A stretch of 64,000 nt of DNA from Octopus sinensis (Eukaryota), in the NCBI RefSeq assembly GCF_006345805.1, contig NC_042999.1, positions 75,268,001 to 75,332,000 of the forward strand, written 5' to 3'. Position numbers and translations under genes: made by a program. The notes beneath the pieces were generated by a model. That model saw only the letters and a list, made by a program, of their open reading frames with translations, made no database searches and was not told the origin of the DNA. Positions 26,801-37,419 of the stretch are shown here, in pieces (positions within the stretch are counted from its first letter, which is position 1; each line of letters opens with the position of its first letter).

Positions 26801-29800
26801 TGGCACATAAAAATCACCCACTACACTCACAGAGTGGTTGGCGTTAGGAAGGGCATCCAGCTGTAGAAACACTGCCAGATCTGACTGGCCTGGTGCAGCC
26901 TTCTGGCTTCCCAGACGCCAGTTGAACCGTCCAACCCATGCCAGCATGGAAAGCAGACGCTAAACGATGATGATGATGACTGGTCTATTGGGTGTTGCGC
27001 ATCGTTAGCACTAACTTTTGGTGCTCTTTACAATAGATTACCATTCTGTTGAGTGCTGTCAGTTCCTACCATTGTATTTCTTCTATTAAGTTTTCATGTT
27101 TTTTTTTTTATTCCAGAGAAGTCTACTTTACTAAAAGAATGCAGAGGGTCCAGCAGGTCCAATGGTCTTTGGATAATAAATACATCCTCTCTGGTTCAGA
27201 TGAGATGAATATAAGAATTTGGAAAGCACAAGCATCAGAGAAACTTGGTCCTGTGTGTAAAGATTTTGTTAATGATTTCTCATTTTTGGGGAATACATTT
27301 TCGTTTTGGTTTCACTATTTCAAGTATCATATATTGTTTATGTCTGTGATTTGATTTTATACTGCTCCTTCTTTGCATTCATTTGCTCATGCTAGCATGG
27401 GTATGGTGATTTTTAGTTTTTAAAAATTCATCTTGGACCTCGTGGAAGCAATGGCAAGTGACAGAAACGTTTGGCGATACACTGTGTTTGAGCGGACTCA
27501 TCTAGCCAAGTGAAACTAGTTGTGGCTGATGCCATTGTCATGTAAATGGCACCCATGAAATTGTAGTCATGGCCATCATTGGTGTCATATAAATGGCATG
27601 TAAAATGCATGGAGTGGTTGGCATTAGGAAGAGCATCCAGCCATAGAAACCATGTCAAATCAGATTGGAACCAGGTGCAGCTCTCCAGCTTATCAGCTCC
27701 AGTCAAACTGTCTAACCCATGCCAGCATGGAAAGCAGACATGATGATGATGATGATTTGCTTTTTGTCAGAGCACTTCTTGTTGAATATATGTCTACATT
27801 TTTCATACTGGCAAAAATTGGACAAGATATATTGAGGTAGTACTGTCCAGAAGTCATTCTTGTGACCAACTCTTATTGCTTTTTCATGTAAGGTATTTTT
27901 ATTCTATTGAACATTCTTGTAAAACTGTTGAGCTACAGATTGTATTGTTTTATGGGAGATCTAAACGAACTCTGTTACTAAAATGGTATCGACAAACATA
28001 CATGCACACTCACAAGCATGATGGGCTTCCATGCAGTTTTCATCTGCCAAATTTCACTCATGAAGTGTTAGTCATTGTGTAGCAGGATGAAACTTGAAAC
28101 TAGATGGTTGTGAAGTGAGCATCTTAACCACACAGCCATGCCTGTGCCTTGTTTTTATAAATGTAAATTTAACCCATGCAAGCATGGAAAAGTGGATGTT
28201 GAAATGATGATTATCTGGTGACCTAACACAGATAACAGCTAAAGCTAGACTATGCTGTTCTACATTTTAGAGATGAATTCTGTACATTATTTACATTGGA
28301 CGGATATGTGTCCTCATCTTGTTTGTTGTTACCACATTTCGGTTGATTTTCTCTCCAGCCTTCATCATGTGTCCTGGTGGAATATTATTTAATAGACTAA
28401 ATATTCATCTTCTGGATATCAGAGGAAGAGGGATCAAGTTATGTTAATGGATGGCCCCCAGGGTTGGGTTCAAAATTCCACCAAAACATGTGATGAAGGC
28501 TGGAGAGTAAATCAGCCAAAACATTGTGGTAACAACAAACAAGATGAGGACACATATCCGTCCAATGTAAATAATGTAAAGCTAAATTAGTTTTCCTACT
28601 TCAGTGCCATAAAATACTTGAGTTCTGATCAGTCGCTAACCCGCAATAAAGGTCTGCTCTGACATGGAGCTACTGTTATGCATACAAATATCCTAGACCA
28701 CATCCTAAACGAAGGACATTCAAACTAATTGGCAAAGACTCTCTAACTTTCTATGACCTCTGACTGACATGTTTGTTGTTTCTTCTCTTTGTCCAATACA
28801 TCTATCTCATCTGCTATACTGTCTTAGCTGCCAAGCCCTGCAATCATTACTCCTCACAGCAGCTACCTTCTGGAATCTCCCCTGGCCCACATTTTTTCTA
28901 TAGAGGTTGATTTACGGATATTCAGTCTGTATAACAACCAAATCAATTTCATTAGCTTGTTAAGGGCTTGTGAAAGTTATGAGTCCTGCCACACACTTCT
29001 AATTAAGTGAAAGAATGTAGTCATCTTCATTAAAAGAAAGTAGGCATTTAGGACTGAAGGGAGATAACTCTTGCAGTATTCTAAAAAATGTCTCCATGTT
29101 GCTGAATAAATCTAAACTTGTCTATGTATAAGGATGTCGGAATCGTAACTCCAATTGAGTCCTATTGAGCAGGTCTATGCGCAGAGGTCATGTTCATTTC
29201 GTTTTTGATTCAGGTCTTGTGTATCTAAGATTACATTATCGGCTCTTTCTTTCTTAAGACAGTTAGGTGTAATTTGAAAGTGAGCTGTCTACTGCCTCTA
29301 ATTAGTCAAGTGATCATGTACCCTGCCAGGGTAGTTTTGAGAAATGTTCAGAGATTGTTCATACTTTTATATAGTAGATTTGTATTTACTGTGTGGTTTA
29401 GTTTCATCTCTTAGTGGTATATGATTTCCACTTCCAGAAAGTTTTTCTTATCTTTTCAGACTGACCTTATTTGACAGTAGAATTGATTTGAGTTGGCTTT
29501 CATAAGAGACCAAAGATTATGAGATAAGAGTGTGATGGATTCGTCAGTTCATAGGTGGAGAAAGCTGTAGTTCGTGGCTTTTTAGTCCCCCATCCAATGT
29601 TTAGTGTCTGAGCTTCAAATGTCTGTTTTGAATTAATGTAATTATTTTGTTTTATTTTCATGTCATTAGCTGAAACCGAGAGAAAAAGCTGCCTTTAATT
29701 ATAATGAGAAGCTAAAGGAGAAGTTTGGTCATCATCCAGAAATAAAGAGAATAGCTCGACATCGACATGTACCAAAATTCATCTACAGAGCTCGTAAAGA

Positions 29801-30759
29801 AATTAAAACTATGAAAGACTCTGAGAAACGAAAGTATGTATCTCTGTTAACAGTTTTTCCATTTATTAATGTGTTTATTTAACTAGATATTATTTAATAA
29901 ACTAAATATTCAGCTTCTGGATATGAGAAGAAGAGGGGTTTAGTTATATTAATGGATGGCTCTAGTTAACCTCTTTCTGATGGGAAGTGGTACTGACTGC
30001 ATTGAATCAACTATGTATGTGGCTGTGCAATGTCTCACTTTGTGCAGCACTGTGTTTTCAAATATACCACATTAAGAAGAATCTGTAAATACACTGTAAA
30101 ATTCTTTGTATGTAAAATTATGTAGTTACTGAACGGCCTAATACTGATTCACAGCACAGACTGTCAGTTCTTAATCCATCTGCAAGGGGTTAAAGGTCAA
30201 ATATTTATTGCTTGACAACCCACTCTACTTAGCTGTAATAGCTGTTGTTTACACCAGGTCAGGAGTGATTGAGTAGACCTATGATTAAAAGCATATTGAA
30301 TAAATTAACAATCAAGTATTGGGTGTGCAGTTTTAATGACTAACTCTTTCCCTCCCTCCCAAGTATCTGAGAACTTCTGCCTTTGTTAGAAACAATTATT
30401 ATCATAGCATCAGTGGAATATCAAAAATATTAGCGTACACCAGTTTCATACCTTTGCTGTTTGAATTCAAATCTCACAGAGAATGGTTTTGTTCTTTTCA
30501 CTCCAAAATTATAAACTGTGATCAATTTTAGTAAACCCCTGCTCCTTAAAGATTGGGTCTTTGTGACAATTTATAAAAATACTTTATTAAATATTCAAAT
30601 GAAGTTAATGAAAATTATTTACAGAAGAGATCTTGAACATATGATGACTACTTATTATTTTTTTTCGTTTTTTACAGGGAGAAACATAGGAAGATTCATT
30701 CCAAACCAGAAGAAGAAAAATCAACCAGACAAAAAGTAGTTTTGAATGTAAAGAAGTGA
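10446..30759 (+). CDS. DCAF13: DDB1- and CUL4-associated factor 13 (WDSOF1/Sof1, SSU processome WD40 protein), 12 coding exons, 1329 nt, 442 aa
   Basis: Exons join in frame through GT-AG introns, giving MKIKLLSRNPDDYLRETK...HPFEASREYVRALNATKLER...WNPMEPFVFTVANEDYNLYSFDMR...GSDEMNIRIWKAQASEKLG...KRIARHRHVPK; in-frame upstream ATG at 10443. Confidence 0.96.
10934..11133 (+). CDS. DCAF13: DCAF13 exon 2
   Basis: tttcag acceptor; VARNFDPKFHPFEASREYVRALNATKLER...SGAHDGE; gtacgt donor. Confidence 0.95.
12287..12394 (+). CDS. DCAF13: DCAF13 exon 3
   Basis: VKVWNLPTRKSISTVQAHTGVVNSLCFHPKGKYFFT; gtaagt donor. Confidence 0.93.
13732..13818 (+). CDS. DCAF13: DCAF13 exon 4
   Basis: CGRDKTIKQWNLDEEFHIEEDPTNVILGQ; gtatgt donor. 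Confidence 0.93.
14700..15033 (-). mobile_element. SINE family A copy in DCAF13 intron 4
   Basis: Diverged reverse-complement match to family A head and tail. Confidence 0.8.
15330..15545 (+). mobile_element. SINE family B (Meta-domain-like) degenerate copy
   Basis: GAGCT...GAAT.GTTA head, AGTTCAAATTC B-box, GATTTTACCTTT..GATAAAATAAGTA core. Confidence 0.65.
17319..17474 (+). CDS. DCAF13: DCAF13 exon 5
   Basis: TLFHAIDHHWKDNIFATCGEQVDIWDESRAEPIRSYSWGVDSVQSLKFNPVE; gtaatt donor. Confidence 0.95.
17815..18656 (-). mobile_element. Internally deleted Helitron carrying a PIF1-type helicase fragment (17917-18411)
   Basis: 3' hairpin CCCG-AGCAACGC-CGGG 8 nt before CTAG, followed by T; protein motifs AILAPRN, Y.SIDT, YPIEVLNS.E.PGLPPH.L.LKV.APIMLIRNL.PP..CNGTRL. 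Confidence 0.9.
18725..19289 (-). mobile_element. Second non-autonomous Helitron (5' end intact, 3' truncated)
   Basis: Minus-strand A|TCTCTTATTATAAAAG start at 19289, typical of a Helitron 5' terminus; abuts a TA repeat. Confidence 0.55.
20170..20420 (+). repeat. Unclassified interspersed repeat family C (also 31590-31985, 58262-58430)
   Basis: Shared blocks CTCAACACATGGCTATGAT, GTCAGCCACTAAGGGACATGCTCAACTGG, GAGCAGAATATTTGCT. Confidence 0.75.
21229..21306 (+). CDS. DCAF13: DCAF13 exon 6
   Basis: HHLLGATACDRSIILYDMRGTAPLRK; gtaagg donor. Confidence 0.94.
21906..21988 (+). CDS. DCAF13: DCAF13 exon 7
   Basis: VLLQLKSNALAWNPMEPFVFTVANEDY; gtaagt donor. Confidence 0.94.
22410..22790 (-). mobile_element. 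Repeat family D (RTE-like 3' tail, ~60-bp internal subrepeats, (GAT)n end) in DCAF13 intron 7
   Basis: GGATGCCCTTCCTAACGCCAACC motif and GGTGCTTTTTATGTGCCACC subrepeats; inverted relative to copies at 26545-26980 and 27440-27757. Confidence 0.75.
23050..23960 (+). mobile_element. RTE-clade LINE remnant, AP-endonuclease region with frameshifts
   Basis: FGCWNVCTLLD...RPERRTALIA.EL...E..L.GEG...GYTIFW.G...GVGFA; IVSIYAPT; ILGDFNARV; TTWMHPRSKHWHLIDYIL; WTDHHLV. Confidence 0.9.
24473..24540 (+). CDS. DCAF13: DCAF13 exon 8
   Basis: NLYSFDMRKLSKPTNIHVDHVNA; gtaagt donor. Confidence 0.93.
25925..26021 (+). CDS. DCAF13: DCAF13 exon 9
   Basis: VIDVDYCPTGREFVSAGWDKCIRIFACNMGHSR; gtgagt donor. Confidence 0.94.
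26545..26980 (+). mobile_element. Repeat family D copy in DCAF13 intron 9
   Basis: Three ~60-bp subrepeats, GGTTGGCGTTAGGAAGGGCATCC, GCATGGAAAGCAGACG-(GAT)n tail. Confidence 0.8.
27117..27252 (+). CDS. DCAF13: DCAF13 exon 10
   Basis: EVYFTKRMQRVQQVQWSLDNKYILSGSDEMNIRIWKAQASEKLGP; weak gtgtgt donor required for frame. Confidence 0.92.
27440..27757 (+). mobile_element. Repeat family D copy in DCAF13 intron 10
   Basis: GGTTGGCATTAGGAAGAGCATCCAGC...GCATGGAAAGCAGACA-(TGA)n. Confidence 0.75.
28283..28578. repeat. Inverted repeat (~100-bp arms) of a hammerhead-like-motif repeat family; third partial copy at 6520-6600
   Basis: 28283-28383 is the reverse complement of 28475-28578 (TACATTATTTACATTGGACGGATATGTGTCCTCATCTTGTTTGTTGTT...). 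Confidence 0.8.
29670..29833 (+). CDS. DCAF13: DCAF13 exon 11
   Basis: LKPREKAAFNYNEKLKEKFGHHPEIKRIARHRHVPKFIYRARKEIKTMKDSEKR; gtatgt donor. Confidence 0.95.
30678..30759 (+). CDS. DCAF13: DCAF13 exon 12 (terminal)
   Basis: ttttacag acceptor; KEKHRKIHSKPEEEKSTRQKVVLNVKK then TGA at 30757-30759. Confidence 0.88.
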
Positions 30760-31049
30760 ATGTAGAGGTGGGTGTAAGAAGAATGAATGTATAGGTGGGT
30801 GAAAAGGAGTGAATGTATAATCTGTCAAAAAGAGTGAAAGTATAGGCTGATGCAAGTGTGTGTGTGTGGTATAGATGGATGTAAACATGTGTAACTCATT
30901 CAATTATTGATAAACATACACCTGTTTTTCTGTTACTCATATTTGTTGAGTTTTGTCTTTTTCCATTTTGCATTGTTATACAGTCTGCATGCGTTTTCTG
31001 CTTTTAAATTATTATTTCTATTTTGCTTCTCAGAGCTCTCAATTTCATT

Positions 31050-31500
31050 TGCTCTGGTTAATTCTGTATGAGTGGACAGCATCCTGTCGTCAAAGGTCTC
31101 ACAGGGTATCTTTCCACAATACATAACACTCAAGTACCAGTCTCAAAATCATCGCTGTCCTCAATAGAGCAGTTTTCTGAGCATGTTCTAAGTTCTTGTC
31201 AATTCCAATTTCCCCAACATTTTTCTCAAACCTGCTTATTAGTGTTCTTAGTGCCTCTACAACTACCGAGATGACAGTTACTCTCTTCATTGCCCACATT
31301 CATACAATTTCTTTTAGTAGCTTGTACTTTTCAATCTTTTCAGCTTTTTGTCACCCACTCGTGCATCCACTCGTATTGTAATATCTGTGATCGTGGTTTC
31401 TTTCTTTCTCCTATCCACTACAGCAATGTCTGGTCTCTGAGCATCAATCACTGAGTTACACTGAATTGTGAAATTCCATAAGATCTTATACTGATTATTC
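31050..31500 (-). mobile_element. R4/Dong-like LINE 3' fragment (REL endonuclease)
   Basis: ILWNFTIQCNSVIDAQRPDIAVVDR...VISVVVEAL...AQKTALLRTAMILRLVL stop. Confidence 0.8.
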
Positions 31501-31986
31501 TAGGTTATGCTTTTTGGTTTATGTATGTGCCATTTATTATTATTAGTATTATTATTATTGAATGAGAGATCAGTGCATGCCATCGAAGTGACACATGCAT
31601 CACCACCATATATGTATGACATAGTAATCTGATATCAGGATAAACAGCATATGACCTTGCAGGTGGAGCCCAGTTAGAATTTTCTTCATGTTGAGTAGCC
31701 CATCCGCTCAAAAGGTCCCTGAATAAAGTTTGTTTAAGGATGATGAACAAAACACCTGTTTCCTGAAGTATATTATTCAAATTCCAAAGAATTCCTCTCA
31801 ACACATGGCTATGATGCTCCCCCCACTTCTTCTGCTTATGATCAGATATGTACAAATTGTCAGCCACTAAGGGACATGCTCAACTGGTTATGGTCAAGCA
31901 ACTGACAAGCAAATCTGTGATATTGAGCAGAATATTTGCTGTAGTCCATCTTTTATACCAAGACGAAACAATGTACATGATAACAC

Positions 31987-32364
31987 TTTTATTACCTCTG
32001 CCTTAGTGAAGGTGGAGGTATTGTTTGCAGTTGTGTTTGTTTGATTGTTTGTCTGTGGACAAGATATCTTGAACCACTGGATGGATTCGGATGAAACTTT
32101 CAGGAATGTTTGGCCTTGTGGCTGGCACAAACTGATTAGATTTTGGGATCAATCTGGTATTGGACAAGGATTCTGGATTATTTTTCCTGTTTTTTTTATT
32201 TTTACTTAATTTTTGAGAACGGTCTGGTTCATTTTTAGTATTCTCATTTGTGAGAACAGTCGTTTTTATTTCAGATATTCTCATTTTAAAAATCATCTCT
32301 GGCTAATCGTTGAGATGACGCTGGTGTTACCTTGGTGGATGTGTGCACTCTCTAAGTGCACTTA
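31987..32364 (+). mobile_element. Helentron-associated non-autonomous element (HINE/DINE-1-like); truncated second copy at 39190-39401 (-)
   Basis: TTTT start, subterminal ACCTCTGCC...TTGGTGGA(G)GT inverted pair, TGTT microsatellite, terminal hairpin GTGCAC-TCTCTAA-GTGCAC followed by TT. Confidence 0.6.
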
Positions 32365-32379
32365 TTATTATTATTTGGC

Positions 32380-33345
32380 AGTGCTCGCTCGGTCCGTTAG
32401 GGCTGCCTGCTGTCACATTTTCTGTACGTATTGGCACTCGAGACACTGCTGCCGAGGTTGGAACAGCTAAGGGGCATCCCTTTTGAACTGGGACAAGGAA
32501 GGGTAGTGTCGACATACGCGAACGATGTCACCATCATGGTGTTGGATGCCTCCGAAGTGGAGACAGTTGGCACCATCCTAAAAGAATATGACTCTGATTC
32601 AGATGCTAAAATTACCGCCGACAAATTGGTGGGTTTGTGGCTGGGCTCCTGGAGAGGCAGGGCGATGCCGTCAGATGCTGGACCGACGGGCCAGTTAAAC
32701 TGCTTGGAGTCTGGTTTGGTTCCGACCTAGGTTGATAAGAACTGGGACGAGGTGACGAATAGTCTTACCAAGAAATGGGCTGAGAGGAAGCTATCCTTGA
32801 AAGGTCGAGCAGAAGTGGCAAATGCTTACATCGCTTCCATTAGCATTTATCGCCTGATCGTTGTGCCTTGTCCGGGTTGGAGCGTCACTTATTTAAATTC
32901 TTGTGGCAGGGACTTGTTCCAATGGTCTGTCAGTCAGTTTGTTGCCAGCATCCTCTGAGTGGTGGATTAGGTATGCTGTGACTCCTAATGCACAGACACG
33001 CTCTTAGGTTACGCCACCTGCAACGATTTCTGGACGGTGTGTGTGTGTGGGCTCTGTTTGTGAGGATCAGCACCGAGACTGGGCGCCTGGCACCTAGAAT
33101 TCATCAAGTGCTCACAGCCCTTCACCAGTTGAGCAATGTGATTGGTAGATGTTCTGCTTTAGAAATTTATAGAGGATTAGTGGTAGGGAAGTGCGACAAT
33201 GTTCTCGGGGAGATTCTGGGTGTCGACGAGAACGAACTGGCCAGTCTGTTCCAGATGACTTTCCAGTCGGGAACTATCATGGATAATTTCCAGATGTTTT
33301 TGGCCTTGAAGTGCTCCCTCTACAATTAGAGATCGGTACCTCTTG
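32380..33345 (+). mobile_element. Tx1/L1-like LINE fragment (RT C-terminal part)
   Basis: STYANDVTIMV (YADD-like), GLWLGSWRG, WAERKLSLKGRAEVANAYIAS; multiple stops and frameshifts. Confidence 0.8.
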
Positions 33346-33729
33346 ATGCAACTGTCTTCATTCACACACATTACATGGCCATATCAGCGCAGTCTTCTCT
33401 CTTGCACACTACATCTGATGCTATGTATATCTACTTACACTTTGTCATATATGCACAGTGACATTACCCTTTCAGCAAAGCATACAGCATTGGTGGTGTA
33501 GCTCCCTGACACAAATCCAAACTGCATCTCATCTATGCTAACTCTCTTCCTAATTGAGCCATGACCATTTCTGCAACTTTCATCACCTGATCCAGAAATT
33601 TGATACCCCTGTAATTATTTCTATTTAGGGTATCATTTTTGCCTTTGTAGCGGTTAACTATAATGCTGCAACATCAATCATTGGGTATGACTCCCTTGTG
33701 GACAGCCTGATTAACTATACGAGTGATTT

Positions 33730-34260
33730 AAGGTGGTGAGCCAGCAGAATCGTTTGCATGCCAGGCAAAATGTCAAGCGGTATTTCATCTGTCTTCAGTT
33801 TCTGAGTTCGAATCGCGCCGAGGTCGACTTTGCCTTTTATCCTTTTGGGGGTCAAAAAAATAAATTTCAGGCCCTGTGCCTATAGTTGAAAAGATTTTTA
33901 TTAAGGCACTGGATTCGCAGAATCAGAAAATTGAGTAAAATTCTCTTAATGCTCTGGGTTTATTACCCCACTGCAGTCGGTTCTGTCTCTCGTCCTATCA
34001 TGCTTGATTAAATGAAGTACCAGTCAAATATTGGGATCGAACTCCCACTAAATTTCAGGCTCTGTGTCTGTGTTAGAAATGAGATTTTGTGAGTGGTGGA
34101 TTTCTAGGATTGTTAGATCGCTGGACAAAATGCATTACATTAGTTTTGGTTCTGTATATTCTAAGTTCAAATCCTATCAAAGTCAACATGGTTTTTTTTT
34201 TTTATCCTTCCAGAGTCAATGTAATACAGTACTAGATAAGTACTAGGGTCAATGTAATTG
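33730..34260 (+). mobile_element. Cluster of degenerate SINE family B copies
   Basis: GGTGGTGAGCCAGCAGAATCG head, GAGTTCGAATC B-box, GAGGTCGACTTTGCCTTT.ATCCTTT core. Confidence 0.7.
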
Positions 34261-34499
34261 ACTAATATCCCTCAGAATTGCTGAAGTTGTTTAGAAACAT
34301 TATTATTAACATTACTGAAGATTGCGTCTTTGATTTTACTGATGCCACATTCCTGGCAATAACGTCTGTTAACTCTTAAATTTTCGTAAGTCACAATATT
34401 GCACAAGACTGCGTAACTCAGTCAGTGTGAAATGTAGAATATCATAAGAATCTTATTAATCTCGTTTGCATTTATTTTGAAGGAAGTAAGTCGTTTATT

Positions 34500-34813
34500 A
34501 ATGTAAGGGAGAAAACTCCTTTTATTAACTTTTATCCGTAAGTGGCGGTACCGACCCGATGAGGGCGATGGAAAGTGCTAATGAAATGTAGGGCGCTGGA
34601 AAGATGCCGAGGTGGGTGGGGGCGATAAAAGGGTTGTCAAAAGGGGACAAGGGATGTAAACACTACGAAATAATAGGTTAATTAGGTAAAGTTTTGTTAG
34701 TAAAAAATGTTTTGAATTTGCGGAAATTGGTTTATGTTTGCAAGGGAGGGAGCGCTAGAAATGTGGCGTGGGTGCCAAGGGGGCGACAGCCCGAAGAAGT
34801 TTGAAAACCACTG
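34500..34813 (-). mobile_element. hAT (Charlie/Buster-like) terminal fragment
   Basis: Minus-strand start CAGTGGTTTTCAAACTTCTTCGGGCTGTCGCCCCCTT; partner terminus not found. Confidence 0.45.
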
Positions 34814-36129
34814 CTGTAACAATTATTACAAGACTGAGCTTTTGATGTATAAAATTTTCATTTGGCTGTTAAGAGCTAATTTTCCATTCCAGGCTTACGT
34901 AAACTGTGAGGCAAAAAAGAAAAAAAAAGTTTTATTTTTTTTATACCAAAATATGACGGCTTTGCTAGGAAGAGGTACCAACTATTTTCTCTAACTAAAT
35001 AGCATTTAATGAGATCTTAATTTCTTTTATTTTTTTCGATTTAACCGAGTTAGAGACCTCACGGACAAGGTTTTGAATTATATTACGGCAACCATTGTGT
35101 TCTACTCATGGACAAGGTACAGCAAGTTGTTTGCTCCAGCTTGGAATAAGATGGTTAGCAGCACGAAGTGCAGTAATTTTTATTGTAAAACCCCTGTTCT
35201 AACAATATAGCAAAAACGTCTAGATTTGGGAAAATACATTCACTGAGAAATATCTACAGCAAAAGCATGAACAATTCCACGAACTATTTGTGGAAAATAG
35301 AATGTAACTTCTAACATCATAAGAAAGCTAGTGGTAACCTTTAGGCTATATGTTGCTGAGTCTATATGGAACGTCTTGTAAAAAATTTAATAATCTATTT
35401 TATCTGCAGTGGCACATCTATTGCTAGCTTATTTAATTCTCAGCTGCTAGTTCAATTAGCTCACTGTTGGTTAGCCTTACTTGAGCAGACTGAAAAATCA
35501 AAGACAATCCAACTGTGGCCCTCCTATGTTTTTAAACAGTGTATCAGTACTACATTATTATTCGTTGAGTGTGCTTCCTTTTTAAGCCAGTACTGCGAGA
35601 TTTCAGGATACAGACACTTACTCATCCATCTTAAAAGATACAATGGATGTTTAACACACCACCATAAGCAGAGGTAGTCTGTTAGCTTGCAGTGTTAAGT
35701 TCAAATTCAATCAAAAGAAAAATTACCTGTAATAAAACCAATGTTCTAATTAGTATAAAATTTATCTCTCATTCTGCTTGAATGTACTGAAAGCTGAGGT
35801 AAGTTTAATTTTGAGAATGGTTAGTGGTTGTCAGCATTAGCCAGAATTTTAATAAAATGTCAGATTGCCATGATGTTCTGAGAGAACTTTTCTTTCTTCT
35901 TTTTTAAGTTTTTTTTATTTATTATTATTTAAATACATCTATTGGAACTTTATTTCTAGAGAAGAAAATTCAGCTCTTTAAAGCTTTCAAAAATCGTCTA
36001 ATGCTTCTTGTCTAATGAGTCTTTTCCAAGACTGCATTACAAACTGATTTGCCATGCCAGGTATGATATTTCCAACAAAATATTCTTCCTTTTGGACAGT
36101 GTATTAAGTTACACTCCTTCTAATGATGA

Positions 36130-36275
36130 TGGTATGCACGGGGTGGCATACGTCAGGTGTAGAAGTGATTGCATAGCAACGTATGATGAAGTGTTTTGCT
36201 CAAGAGCACAACGCATCACTCGGTTCAGGAACTGAAACTACGGTGTTGCGAGTACTACCCAAGCCACTAGGCTAC
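36130..36275 (-). mobile_element. V-domain-like tRNA SINE fragment (family E)
   Basis: GCGTAGCCTAGTGGCTT head and GTGCTCTTGAGCAAAACACTT block shared with 50866-51117. Confidence 0.6.
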
Positions 36276-37419
36276 GCGCGCGCGCACACTCACACACACA
36301 CACGCACGCACTCACACTTTGATTGAGAAGAAAAACGTATGGAGCTGAGTCAAATTTATTAAATGATACACGTATTATTCTTTAACTTTCTCTTCATCGC
36401 TTAACTGTATTACCTAGTTGTCTCCCTTTTCTTTACTCTTAAACCCGATTTAAAATATCCCTCTAGCATATATCTCATATCTTTTCTTAATAAAATCTTT
36501 GTACGAATCATTTAGAATTAGTTTCTTCTCAACGTTGCGTAAATTTATTAGATTTTGAAAACTATATTAACTAGAAAAAAAAAAGTATATTTTTAAATAG
36601 TTCATGGAGTTGTTTCCCTTTAACTTATAGCGTTTCGCTTAACGTAATTGGTTTATTATAGAGGTGTTCAAGTCAAACCGACTTATGTTTAAAGGAGTAC
36701 CAACTGACCATTCTATGTATTTTTTTAAAGCAACATTTATTCAAAGTCACATTATGCAATGTTACCTTCTTCCTTATGACAGTATTCGGGGATTTGCCTG
36801 ATATTTCAAGTGAGTCGAGCGGCAGAGAAGCGACCCGTTCTTCTGTAAACAGAAAAAAATATAGGACAGAATCTCATTAGAGTCCTTCCTGAAGTGCTGG
36901 ATATTATTGTTTAGCCACATGTCAGCCGTGACAATCTGTTTATTTAATTTTTAAACTACATTATCCAATGTATTTTTAAGGAATTTTGGAATATTTGACT
37001 GCTATTTCTAACGGATCGAACGACCATAGAGAACAGTCATGGGCAAGCTGCAGTCCACGAGACATTTTAAATGGCACGCCAACGAACAATTACCTTGAAT
37101 TTTTTAGTAAAGTAGCCCATCTGATGATTCACGTCTTATGCCGTCCGCTTCTCGCAAAAGTCGACCATACCTGATGTAGAGCCTCCTTCATTGGCTTACC
37201 ATAATGACTATTACTTACATGATCACTAAGTGATGAAAAGAGAGTAAGAACTCAGAAACTAGACTAACACTACGTGGAAAAACAATTTAGTGCGGTGCTT
37301 CTTTGTTTATGCCAAACAACCTCTTTCCTCCATTTTATGAAAATGCTAAAGAGTCAAGTGGAAGCTACCGATAAGAAAAGACTACAATGTTGTTTAAGTG
37401 TCCAGTTTAACCAAATTGT

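Noticed and set aside
10516-30677. Intronic snoRNAs in DCAF13
   Set aside because: Scattered TGATGA/CTGA motifs, but no convincing C/D pair with terminal stem by eye; a snoscan or Infernal run would be needed
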